This document shows, piece after piece, positions 12,124-23,415 of a stretch of DNA of 64,000 bases. Source of the DNA: Takakia lepidozioides (taxonomy: Eukaryota; Plantae; Bryophyta); contig CM060732.1 in the NCBI GenBank assembly GCA_030704615.1, forward strand, positions 11,160,001 to 11,224,000. Direction: 5' to 3'. Below the pieces are notes generated by a model. That model did no database searches and was not told where the DNA came from. It was given only the letters and a program-made list of their open reading frames with translations. The first letter of the stretch is position 1; every line of letters starts with the position of its first letter. Made by a program: the position numbers and the translations under genes.

Positions 12124-13892
12124 AATGTTATGGGCAACTTTCGTGTTTTAGCTCAATTTCTTTTGCCAACTTTTTTAGAAGTTCACATTTGCATAAACAT
12201 GTGTTGCAGGGCGAGTTGATCTGGGAGACAAGCAAGTTCAGGCTGCTTTCGACTCTTTTGCCAGAGGTGCAAGGGACCTTGTCCTGGCTTTACAAGGAGT
12301 TCGGGAGACTGTCCCGGGTAATAGGCCGGATCACTCCCAGCAGACTGCCCCGCACACACATACTCAGTATGTGCAAACAGTACTGAGCGGGCAGCGAACT
12401 TTGCAGACTTTGCAGCAGACCGAAGAACAGACCGGCCAACAGACTGCCCCTCAGCCAACTGTGCAGCAAACCAGCGAACATGGCCACCAGACTGCCCCTC
12501 AGCAGACTGTGCAGCAGACCGACGAATCCAGCCAGCAGATTGCCCCTCAGCAAAACCGTATCATAGATCTTACAGAAGAGTCCGAGGAAGCAATTGCCGG
12601 TGGGTCTTCCATACATGTTCTTGATGTTTCCCAAGTCCATGGAGATCCGAACACCCAGCTGGCTGTCCACCAGACTGACCAGTGGACACATGGAAGGACT
12701 GTCGAGCAACCTGTGGTGGGGCAGCATACTGTCTTCATTGATGAGCACATTGAACCGCAGACTAACCAGCAGACTGCATAGGTCACAGATGGAAAAACTG
12801 ACCAGGATGGCTAGGAGCGGCAGACTACACAGCTCAGCTCTGACTGCACAGTTCAAACTGCACGGCCTGACCAGCACACTGCACACTTCACAGAGGGAAG
12901 GACTGACGACCAACCTGCCACCGAGCACATTGCCCACATTGAGGAAGAGACTGAACCGCAGAGTTGCCAGCAGACTGCACAGTTCACAGACGAAAGGACT
13001 GACGAAAAACCGGCGGCCGAGCAGACTGCCCACATTGAGTAACAGGCTGAACATGCTGGCATGCAGACTGACAAGGAACCACATGCGGCGCAGACACCGT
13101 CGCGTATAGCGCTGGATTACATGGAGTCTGCTCCCTCACCCCTTGGACAGGTTGTGCCATTTCTTCTTTCAGCACTGTTGTTTATGTTTTAGCACATTGT
13201 GAAATTGGCCTAATTCGACATTTTGCTCGGTATCCTCACAGGATGTTCATCCCTCCGTCGGCAGACTGTCTATTTCTAAGGACATGACATCTTCTGCCCA
13301 TGCTGCAAACGTGGGATCGACAACCAAGAAAGGTGTGGGGGTGAGCACGCCCCCCGATGCGCGGGTCAGTTCTACGCATGCGACCCACGAAGCTGCAAAG
13401 ACAGGTCCAGCAAGTGTAAGCAAACCTGCTGACCAGCCTCTGTTGTGAAGTAGGGCGGCAGCACTGCGTTTGTCTGCTCTATCCAGCCCGCCTACAGCTG
13501 TCCCTGCTTCCCAGGGGAGAGGCAAAGCCAAGAAGCGGACTAGAGTGGATCCTGCTAAGGAGGTCGAGGAGGGTCCTAGTACCAAGAGACCGGCGGCGAA
13601 AAAGTCTGGCGTCTTTATGAACAAGAACCGCAAGCTGGCCTTGGACATGGACAAAGATGTGGGTCGTTTCCTGGAGCAGCACAGGTGAGTGCTGTGCTCA
13701 GTCTCCTCGTCTGTCTTTGTCGTTAAGTGCTTTGCGCTCTGTTGTGGTCAGTCTGCTGTTGGTTTCATCATTGTCTGTTGTGGTTAGTCTTGTCAGTCTG
13801 ATGAATTGTTCAGCCTGTAGAGTGTTTGGTACCATGTTGACGTCAGTCTGTTCAGTACATGAGGCTTCTCGAAGGATGGTCTGCTCTGTGCA

Positions 13893-14907
13893 GGATGGGT
13901 GCTCGGTTTGGCAAAGCACATGCTCTGCACGTGGAGGCGGGTAATTCCATGCTGATGTATTTTGAAGGGGACCAACGGTTTGAATTCGGAGTGTCGCCGG
14001 ATGACATAAAGGCGCTCCAGAAGGTTGAGTCGGAGTGCACAGATAGACTCCTGGAGCTGTGGTGTCGATTCTATGAGAAGTCGGTTGAGGCTGCGTTCAC
14101 CAACACTATTGATGTTCTTCCAACGTCGACGTGGATGGTGTTGAAGTCATTGGGGGTGGGGCAACATGAAAGCCTTCTGGAGGTCTTGAAAGGTTGCCTC
14201 AGCACTGAACGACTGGGCAAGGACTTGAAAGACTGCGATTTCATCTTGATGCCAATTGGGGACGAGTAAGAACTATTCCGAGTCTGCTGAGACTATCTCC
14301 TGAGTCATAGTCTGGTTTCGCAGTGTCGTCTTGACTCTGAGCAATTAAGTTGACCTCTGTATTTGTGCAGTGGACTGGGTTTGAAGATTGAGTCTGCTGA
14401 GTGGTCGGTCTGCTGAGTGTCAATCTGCTGAGTCTGCCCATCATGATTGTGCAATGACGCCATGCTGTTTGATACCATTGCAGGGGGCACTGGAGTGTTT
14501 GTATCATCGACCTCTGCAAGGGCTGTTACACTCACCTGAACTCTAGGTCGGACTCGCATAAATGTCCCTTTGTTCTAGGGTGGATTCGGAAGCTTCATGC
14601 TGAGTGCTTAGGGTACTCGATGGACTCACCAGAGTGGCTGGAGATTGTCCAAGCATTTCAGTTCCACGCGCCTGATGTGCCCCAGCAACCATTCAGCTGG
14701 GAGTGTGGCTTTTACGTCATGTCATTCATTCAAGTGTTTTATGAGTGGGTAAAAGTCAGAGCAAATGTCTCCAAGACTGCAAAGCCAGAGAGAGGAACAC
14801 ATTTCACGGCGGACTGGTTTACTTTCAAGTTTGCACTTGGGCAGCGAATGCAGTGTGCCCAGTATATCGTGCGGGGGTTGGACAATGTAGAGAAATTGCT
14901 CTCATGA
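13893..14907 (+). CDS. Ulp1-like SUMO protease (peptidase C48) catalytic exons ~13893-14265 and 14484-14907
   Basis: Phase-2 intron 14266-14483 joins ILMPIGDE to GHWSVCIIDL, followed by HLNS and VPQQPFSWECGFYV (His, Asn in place of Asp, Gln, Cys). Confidence 0.8.
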
Positions 14908-15548
14908 GTATGATGTACTTGTCCTGTGAAGTCTATGTACCGAAATAAAAAATGCGAGTCTTTTCGCTTACTATTCCAGTGGTGATGAGCACTTTTGTGT
15001 ATTATGGGTGCTGGCATGTTTTGTAATGTTGTCACTAAACTCAATGGACACAATGGTGTCAATTTTTCCATGCACTGTGCACCGGAGTCTGCTGAGCTTG
15101 AATGTGCGAGCAGTACGTTGCCGAGGCTAGGACTGGTGGGTCTAGTACCTAGTCTGGTAGGCACCATGTCCATGAGTCCGCTGGGACGCTGGATTGGCAT
15201 GAGTCGTTAGGGAGGTAGTCCACTGGAGCCTGTCCATTTTGAGTCTACTGTTGTGGATGAGTCTGCTTGAGACTTAGTGTGTCCAGCAGGCTGCTGGAAG
15301 AGTTGCAGGGATGAGGTGGAAGTGTGGTGAGCAGACTTTTGGAGTGGGCAACAGACTGACCAGTAGACTGGCTTACTGGCGCTCGCAGTCTGTTGACTGT
15401 GACTCTGTTGGGAGACTGTGCGTGAGTCCGTTGGGAGACTATGCTTGGGAGACTGTGTGGGAGTCAGTTGGGAGACTGGAGGAGTCCGTTCTTAGTATGT
15501 GCATTAGTCCATTGCGGACTTGTATTTCAGAAAGGGACAATGCTACCA

Positions 15549-15812
15549 GAGGAATTGCAGACTTATATTGTCTTTTTCGTGACACCTACAGGACGTGAAA
15601 CCTTGTCTCTTTTCGAGGAATTGCAGACTTATATTGTCTTCTCCGTGACACCTACACGACGTGAAACCTTGTCTCTTTTCGAGGAATTACAAACTTATAT
15701 TGTCTTCTCCGTGACACCTACACGACGTGAAACCTTGTCTCTTTTCGAGGCATTGCAGACTTATATTGTCTTCTTCGTGACATCTATACGACCTCAAACC
15801 TTGCGAATTTTC
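15549..15812. repeat. 66-bp tandem repeat, 4 copies
   Basis: Units start at 15549, 15615, 15681, 15747 (gaggaattgcagacttatattgtc..). Confidence 0.95.
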
Positions 15813-15959
15813 GAGTATATATGTGCTGCAGGTGCAGGTGCAGACACCCTCTTGCTGGTTCTCCGCAAAACCGTAGGCCGGGTTTTCCAGGCCTCCACAA
15901 AATCTCGTCTCATTTTCAGAGACATGTTGTTGTTGTCGTTCAGAGGACGGAAAGCTTCG

Positions 15960-17460
15960 CTGCCACAGGGTGCAACATTCCAGCCGCACTTTTCGCCAGG
16001 ATATCAACGAGCAGCCCTTTGCACATATCAAGAGCAGATCAGGCATGTGCCTCCAGGTATTTGTCATCACCTACAATGCGAAGTATGTCCACGAATTCTT
16101 GTTCCATTGAGGCTGAGACCTCCAGAGGTGCCTCGTTGTAGGGGAAGTCGTCCGGAGGATGTCTTTCCATGAATTGATTAGATTCGTCGTTGCCGCCGGC
16201 ACCATTGCCCAAGAGCAAGTTAGGTAATCCTCCATGAATGGTTCCCAGCGCCGTGCCACAAGCGTGCACAAGGAGGCCATCCTGCAGGTCAGGATGAAGC
16301 ATCTTCAGGACACGGACCTGATGCTTGCATAAGTTTCCCTTCATTGCCCATGGGCACGTGCAACAACCCCAATCGCAATCAGGATTGTAAACAATGTATG
16401 TTGTGCCGGGGTGGTTGTTGCTGAGAACGTAGGCTGGTTCACCAGGACCCAAGGGAAGAGAAACACTCTCAGCAAGAATGTCTCGTGCCGCAAGTATAGA
16501 ACTGGATATGTACTTTTCGTGTTTGTCATTTCTTATGAACCCGTGGGTCTTCAAATGGATTGCGTACCAGTAGTGTGTTAGCACATGGCCAGTGAGTTCC
16601 TATATAAGCCAGTCCACTCTACGACCACTCATCTTCCCTTTCCCCATGGCAAGTCTTGCCTTCAGATTTCCATGGTATGCCTCAATGCTTGCGTTTGTGT
16701 CTTGGCTCGCATGAGGGACATGGCGGGCTGCTGTACACCACATTGCTATTTTGGGCTTCCAGTACTGTTTGATATAGTCAAGAAATTCATGTCCTTTCGG
16801 GTATTTTGACCTCATACTGCCATCGGGTTTCGCCACAGGAGTCTGCCAGTGGACTGTAGCAATGGACTGCTGTAGTGGACCTCGACAATGGACCGGTGCT
16901 GTGGACCAACAGACTTACCAAATAGCGTTGATTTCTGCTTCGGCATCGTCCACAATGAAGGCATTGGGTCGCCAGCTCAGCAAATCTGCGAGGAGTGAAT
17001 CGCGCAAGGCTCTCATCCACGGAACCAGGTCTCTTGTCCGATTCCTCGCGGATAGGATATAGGCAACTGGTATACCGTTCAACCACTTGTCGAAGACCAT
17101 CAACATGTACAATGGGAACTGTTGGAATGCACAATGTAAGATGGTCAGAGCATGCAAATTCCGCTCAGTTCTGCACGAGAAGACTTCATAAGAGTGATGA
17201 GGTCTGCAGCAGTTCACAATGGGTCTGCCCCTCGGTCTTCCGCAACGTACACATGAAAACATACAGAAAGGGTCAGCACACCAAATTTTATGTGAATGTT
17301 GCATGGTACTATGCTATCATGCTTGTACAAGTCCATGGAATCGTCCGAATAGTATCTTGTCATGATTTGTCCCAAAGGTTACATCACATGCATCGATACG
17401 GTCATGTCCTAGTTCCAGCATTCGTCGTTTCTACCACGGAGTCTGTATGCCAATAGTGAA
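15960..17460 (-). pseudogene. MULE (Mutator) transposase, 5'-truncated, with stops
   Basis: IGIQTPW*..CDVTFGTN, LMVFDKWLNGIPVAYI, AFIVDDAEAEINAI, DTNASIEAYH, and SWIM finger CTCPWAMKGNLCKH. Confidence 0.85.
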
Positions 17461-17559
17461 TATCAAATCTCCATCAAAATGCTCGAATGTTGGCTCTAAT
17501 TTCTCCTCTTGATAGAAAAAAACGAACGCAGGATTCTGGTCTCTCCACATGCGCACACT

Positions 17560-17660
17560 TTCTGCATCATCGGCGTGTTTTTTGAAGGTTTGTCTCAAGG
17601 CGCAGGGGATAATGCCTTCACTACATTGGGTCTGGTCAGATGGTTGTTCAGGTCAGTTCG
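17560..17660 (+). pseudogene. Short fragment of a second DDE transposase (Sola-like)
   Basis: Peptide LHWVWSDGCSGQF resembles the Sola-type W/FSDGCxxQ(F/Y)K catalytic motif. Confidence 0.45.
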
Positions 17661-18224
17661 TTTCTCTTTTTCCACACAGTCTCCCAAGCATAGTCTCCCA
17701 ACGGACTCACGCACAGTCTCCCAACAGAGTCACAGTCAACAGACTGCGAGCGCCAGTAAGCCAGTCTGCTGGTCAATCTGCAGCCCACTCCAAAAGTCTG
17801 CTCACCACACTTCCACCTCATCCCTGCAACTCTTCCAGCAGCCTGCTGGACACACTAAGTCTCAAGCAGACTCATCCACAACAGTAGACTCAAAATGGAC
17901 AGGCTCCAGTGGACTACCTCCCTAACGACTCATGCCAATCCAGCGTCCCAGCGGACTCATGGACATGGTGCCTACCAGACTAGGTACTAGACCCACCAGT
18001 CCTAGCCTCGGCAACGTACTGCTCGCACATTCAAGCTCAGCAGACTCCGGTGCACAGTGCATGGAAAAATTGACACCATTGTGTCCATTGAGTTTAGTGA
18101 CAACATTACAAAACATGCCAGCACCCATAATACACAAAAGTGCTCATCACCACTGGAATAGTAAGCGAAAAGACTCGCATTTTTTATTTCGGTACATAGA
18201 CTTCACAGGACAAGTACATCATAC

Positions 18225-19239
18225 TCATGAGAGCAATTTCTCTACATTGTCCAACCCCCGCACGATATACTGGGCACACTGCATTCGCTGCCCAAGTGCA
18301 AACTTGAAAGTAAACCAGTCCGCCGTGAAATGTGTTCCTCTCTCTGGCTTTGCAGTCTTGGAGACATTTGCTCTGACTTTTACCCACTCATAAAACACTT
18401 GAATGAATGACATGACGTAAAAGCCACACTCCCAGCTGAATGGTTGCTGGGGCACATCAGGCGCGTGGAACTGAAATGCTTGGACAATCTCCAGCCACTC
18501 TGGTGAGTCCATCGAGTACCCTAAGCACTCAGCATGAAGCTTCCGAATCCACCCTAGAACAAAGGGACATTTATGCGAGTCCGACCTAGAGTTCAGGTGA
18601 GTGTAACAGCCCTTGCAGAGGTCGATGATACAAACACTCCAGTGCCCCCTGCAATGGTATCAAACAGCATGGCGTCATTGCACAATCATGATGGGCAGAC
18701 TCAGCAGATTGACACTCAGCAGACCGACCACTCAGCAGACTCAATCTTCAAACCCAGTCCACTGCACAAATACAGAGGTCAACTTAATTGCTCAGAGTCA
18801 AGACGACACTGCGAAACCAGACTATGACTCAGGAGATAGTCTCAGCAGACTCGGAATAGTTCTTACTCGTCCCCAATTGGCATCAAGATGAAATCGCAGT
18901 CTTTCAAGTCCTTGCCCAGTCGTTCAGTGCTGAGGCAACCTTTCAAGACCTCCAGAAGGCTTTCATGTTGCCCCACCCCCAATGACTTCAACACCATCCA
19001 CGTCGACGTTGGAAGAACATCAATAGTGTTGGTGAACGCAGCCTCAACCGACTTCTCATAGAATCGACACCACAGCTCCAGGAGTCTATCTGTGCACTCC
19101 GACTCAACCTTCTGGAGCGCCTTTATGTCATCCGGCGACACTCCGAATTCAAACCGTTGGTCCCCTTCAAAATACATCAGCATGGAATTACCCGCCTCCA
19201 CGTGCAGAGCATGTGCTTTGCCAAACCGAGCACCCATCC
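18225..19239 (-). CDS. Ulp1-like protease, mirror copy in right arm
   Basis: ORF translations 18225-18512 and 18863-19273 are identical to the left-arm copy. Confidence 0.8.
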
Positions 19240-21008
19240 TGCACAGAGCAGACCATCCTTCGAGAAGCCTCATGTACTGAACAGACTGACGTCAACATGG
19301 TACCAAACACTCTACAGGCTGAACAATTCATCAGACTGACAAGACTAACCACAACAGACAATGATGAAACCAACAGCAGACTGACCACAACAGAGCGCAA
19401 AGCACTTAACGACAAAGACAGACGAGGAGACTGAGCACAGCACTCACCTGTGCTGCTCCAGGAAACGACCCACATCTTTGTCCATGTCCAAGGCCAGCTT
19501 GCGGTTCTTGTTCATAAAGACGCCAGACTTTTTCGCCGCCGGTCTCTTGGTACTAGGACCCTCCTCGACCTCCTTAGCAGGATCCACTCTAGTCCGCTTC
19601 TTGGCTTTGCCTCTCCCCTGGGAAGCAGGGACAGCTGTAGGCGGGCTGGATAGAGCAGACAAACGCAGTGCTGCCGCCCTACTTCACAACAGAGGCTGGT
19701 CAGCAGGTTTGCTTACACTTGCTGGACCTGTCTTTGCAGCTTCGTGGGTCGCATGCGTAGAACTGACCCGCGCATCGGGGGGCGTGCTCACCCCCACACC
19801 TTTCTTGGTTGTCGATCCCACGTTTGCAGCATGGGCAGAAGATGTCATGTCCTTAGAAATAGACAGTCTGCCGACGGAGGGATGAACATCCTGTGAGGAT
19901 ACCGAGCAAAATGTCGAATTAGGCCAATTTCACAATGTGCTAAAACATAAACAACAGTGCTGAAAGAAGAAATGGCACAACCTGTCCAAGGGGTGAGGGA
20001 GCAGACTCCATGTAATCCAGCGCTATACGCGACGGTGTCTGCGCCGCATGTGGTTCCTTGTCAGTCTGCATGCCAGCATGTTCAGTCTGTTACTCAATGT
20101 GGGCAGTCTGCTCGGCCGCCGGTTTTTCGTCAGTCCTTTCGTCTGTGAACTGTGCAGTCTGCTGGCAACTCTGCGGTTCAGTCTCTTCCTCAATGTGGGC
20201 AATGTGCTCGGTGGCAGGTTGGTCGTCAGTCCTTCCCTCTGTGAAGTGTGCAGTGTGCTGGTCAGGCCGTGCAGTTTGAACTGTGCAGTCAGAGCTGAGC
20301 TGTGTAGTCTGCCGCTCCTAGCCATCCTGGTCAGTTTTTCCATCTGTGACCTATGCAGTCTGCTGGTTAGTCTGCGGTTCAATGTGCTCATCAATGAAGA
20401 CAGTATGCTGCCCCACCACAGGTTGCTCGACAGTCCTTCCATGTGTCCACTGGTCAGTCTGGTGGACAGCCAGCTGGGTGTTCGGATCTCCATGGACTTG
20501 GGAAACATCAAGAACATGTATGGAAGACCCACCGGCAATTGCTTCCTCGGACTCTTCTGTAAGATCTATGATACGGTTTTGCTGAGGGGCAATCTGCTGG
20601 CTGGATTCGTCGGTCTGCTGCACAGTCTGCTGAGGGGCAGTCTGGTGGCCATGTTCGCTGGTTTGCTGCACAGTTGGCTGAGGGGCAGTCTGTTGGCCGG
20701 TCTGTTCTTCGGTCTGCTGCAAAGTCTGCAAAGTTCGCTGCCCGCTCAGTACTGTTTGCACATACTGAGTATGTGTGTGCGGGGCAGTCTGCTGGGAGTG
20801 ATCCGGCCTATTACCCGGGACAGTCTCCCGAACTCCTTGTAAAGCCAGGACAAGGTCCCTTGCACCTCTGGCAAAAGAGTCGAAAGCAGCCTGAACTTGC
20901 TTGTCTCCCAGATCAACTCGCCCTGCAACACATGTTTATGCAAATGTGAACTTCTAAAAAAGTTGGCAAAAGAAATTGAGCTAAAACACGAAAGTTGCCC
21001 ATAACATT

Positions 21009-22244
21009 TTACCTTCCAAGAGATTTCCGACGAGGCCAATGTCCTTGATTTGCCGGCACTCCATCGAGATGAGCAATGGCGCCGATGCGGTCTTCAGTTG
21101 GGATTCCACACCACAGGACTTTGAAGACATTGGGATTTTGCAAAACAATGTCGAATACTGCTCGCTCCATCACCAATGCAAACCAGTGCAATGCGTCATC
21201 CACCACAAACTTCTGTGAATGGTCTGTTCCATGGAGTAAGTCCATCCTCAAACTATGCAGATCCTTCATCAACTTGTGGTATGAGCGGAAATTGCCAAAT
21301 TGCATCCATCTGTGTTGTAGGAAGGAAGCTGCCATGCGCTCAAAGTCCTCCTCAGTCAATCCGAACAAGTGCTTTATTCGCACCCCAAAGGTTGGATGTG
21401 CCATAGGCATATGTTTGAGGTCTTCAGGCCGTGGGTCATCCATGAGAATCAGCTGCACACGTAGAGGCGGCGCATTTTGGTCGCTTGTGGCTTCAATGGC
21501 AACAGCAGAGGCGGCTTCTAGAACATGGTTGGCTTCCTCAATAGAAAACTCCATGGAATAATGAAAGGGTACAAATGACCACCATCGGTCCGCAACAATC
21601 CGGTGGCGCTCATTATGCCAATCCAAATGGGGATTAATTTCTCCCACCCTAAGCCGGGGAAGTGTGAGGTCTTCAGCTCCAGGTCGAATTACCGGTGATG
21701 GCGATCGCCAAACTGCAAAAAGTGCCGTGCTATGTGAGAGAAAGGCAGTATGCTGGTCAGTCTGCTGGTCCGCAGTCTGTTGGATGACAGGACTTCCATT
21801 GGCATGGGCTGCATGATGGGCTCCTGGAGAGGAGTCTGTAGGATGACATGCTGCTCGTTGGGAGTCTGCTCCGTTGGAGTCTGCCGGATGACAGGCTGCC
21901 TGAACGGGAGTCTGCTGGATGACGGCCTGCTGAATGGGAGTCTGCTGGATGGCAGAGTCGGCTGTCCCAGACGCATTCCCCCCCGACGCGTCTTGAATAT
22001 GTAATGCCGCTATAGCAGCAGATGACCCAGGATACTTCAATAATATGTACTCTCGCACGCGGTCCACTTCCACACGCACTGCAGTCGCTTGTAAAGGAGC
22101 ATCATTGCTAGGTATCCGCCAAGCCTGAATGGCCCTACGAATAGAAACACGTTCATCCTGGTACACAGCAGAGAACTTGGACGTCAGGAACATGGACGTG
22201 GACTCTATATTCACCTCATGCAGCGGACTGGACTCACAGACCAT
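21009..22244 (-). CDS. Mirror copy of unknown element ORF (1-bp indel near 21797 relative to left arm)
   Basis: 411-aa ORF equals left-arm ORFs 10887 and 11155 joined by loss of one G. Confidence 0.4.
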   Translation of the reverse strand: MVCESSPLHEVNIESTSMFLTSKFSAVYQDERVSIRRAIQAWRIPSNDAPLQATAVRVEVDRVREYILLKYPGSSAAIAALHIQDASGGNASGTADSAIQQTPIQQAVIQQTPVQAACHPADSNGADSQRAACHPTDSSPGAHHAAHANGSPVIQQTADQQTDQHTAFLSHSTALFAVWRSPSPVIRPGAEDLTLPRLRVGEINPHLDWHNERHRIVADRWWSFVPFHYSMEFSIEEANHVLEAASAVAIEATSDQNAPPLRVQLILMDDPRPEDLKHMPMAHPTFGVRIKHLFGLTEEDFERMAASFLQHRWMQFGNFRSYHKLMKDLHSLRMDLLHGTDHSQKFVVDDALHWFALVMERAVFDIVLQNPNVFKVLWCGIPTEDRIGAIAHLDGVPANQGHWPRRKSLGR

Positions 22245-22773
22245 CAGACTGTAACGTGCGTACGTAGGGTGGAAGCAACTAGTAGACTATACTAGTGGAC
22301 TGGACCAGCGGACTGACAAACGGACTCAGTAAGTAATGCAGCCATATAAAACAGACTAACTAACGAGCGGAGTGAGCCAGCGGACTGAGGAGAGAACGCA
22401 GCGGACTGACCAGACTGAATAGGCAATGTGACCCCCCGATGATGGACTCAAACAGCACAGAGAATAGACTGGGCGGTCAGACTGAGCATTACCTCCTCTA
22501 CTTCATCATCGTCATCTTCATCTTCAAAGCTGTTCAACCAGTTCTGTTCCGCCTGTCGGATGAATGTGCGGAGCAGATCTGATTGGGCAACTCTGTAGAA
22601 ATAACGGAAGAAGTCTGGATCCCCAATTGGTGGGCACTCTGATGGGAAAAGCCCAAAGTCAACGAGGCGCAATGTGCTAGGGCAGACTGGCCCTTCAACG
22701 CTCTGTTGAGTTTTTGGTTTGACCCTAAACCGATGGCATGGGTCGCGATATTTGTGTGAGTCTGCTGCCGAGT

Positions 22774-23415
22774 CTAGTCAGGCAAGTCAATGTCCACTGG
22801 ACTTGTCACCCCTTCCATGCCCTGAGCAGATTCACTTTCAGTATCAGTACTGATGGTGTGGGTCTGCCGCCCAGGACGGGGTTCAGTCTGTTGCGTGGAT
22901 TTTGCCCTTGCCTCGCGAGCAGACCTTGCAGCCTTCTCCTTTTTTTGCCTCTCCTTTTTTTGGGCCCCATCACTCAGTTTATGTTTTTTGGGAGCGTCCG
23001 GCGTTCCCTGCACTTGCGAATCCTCCATTGACGGGCCACCACAAGGGACGCCATACCGTGCGCGCACTTCGTCTAATTCCAAAGTGCGGGGGTCCAACAC
23101 TGATCCGCGCAAGCGCTTTGTGGCCTCTTTGACAATCGACATTTCTTTCAGTATCGGCCAAGGCTTGAAATCCTGTGGAATCATTGCAACAATCTCCTTG
23201 CAACCCGTGTCGACACAATGCCGATTTAGTTGGATTTTGTCCTTGATAACCTCTTCACAGAAGGGACAGAAGAGCTTGTCCTTCTGCCAATTCGAGTTTT
23301 TGGGCTTCTGGGCACGGAGGTCTACAAATGCTTCCACTATTTTATGATCAAACTCGTCTAGTGAGTACCAGTACCTTCGCTCCTTCTTCAGTCTGGTTTG
23401 GTGCACAAAATCCAC
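22774..23415 (-). CDS. Mirror copy of the zinc-finger-like element ORF
   Basis: Same CPFC..H..C motif, with four amino-acid differences in the shared part. Confidence 0.5.
   Translation of the reverse strand: MDFVHQTRLKKERRYWYSLDEFDHKIVEAFVDLRAQKPKNSNWQKDKLFCPFCEEVIKDKIQLNRHCVDTGCKEIVAMIPQDFKPWPILKEMSIVKEATKRLRGSVLDPRTLELDEVRARYGVPCGGPSMEDSQVQGTPDAPKKHKLSDGAQKKERQKKEKAARSAREARAKSTQQTEPRPGRQTHTISTDTESESAQGMEGVTSPVDIDLPD

Larger units (their letters stand above)
7623..15460 (+). repeat. Left arm of giant inverted repeat (Mutator-like element arm)
   Basis: ORF track is mirrored: 13859-14269(+) vs 18863-19273(-), 14995-15210 vs 17922-18137. Coordinate sum 33132 for the inner arm. Confidence 0.95.

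Noticed and set aside
12290-13084. 264-aa hydrophobic ORF (and its mirror 20048-20842) as a membrane protein
   Set aside because: Antisense shadow of CAG/ACT-rich low-complexity repeats.
15549-15812. 66-bp repeats as a CRISPR-like array
   Set aside because: Head-to-tail units with no unique spacers; eukaryotic context; no cas genes.
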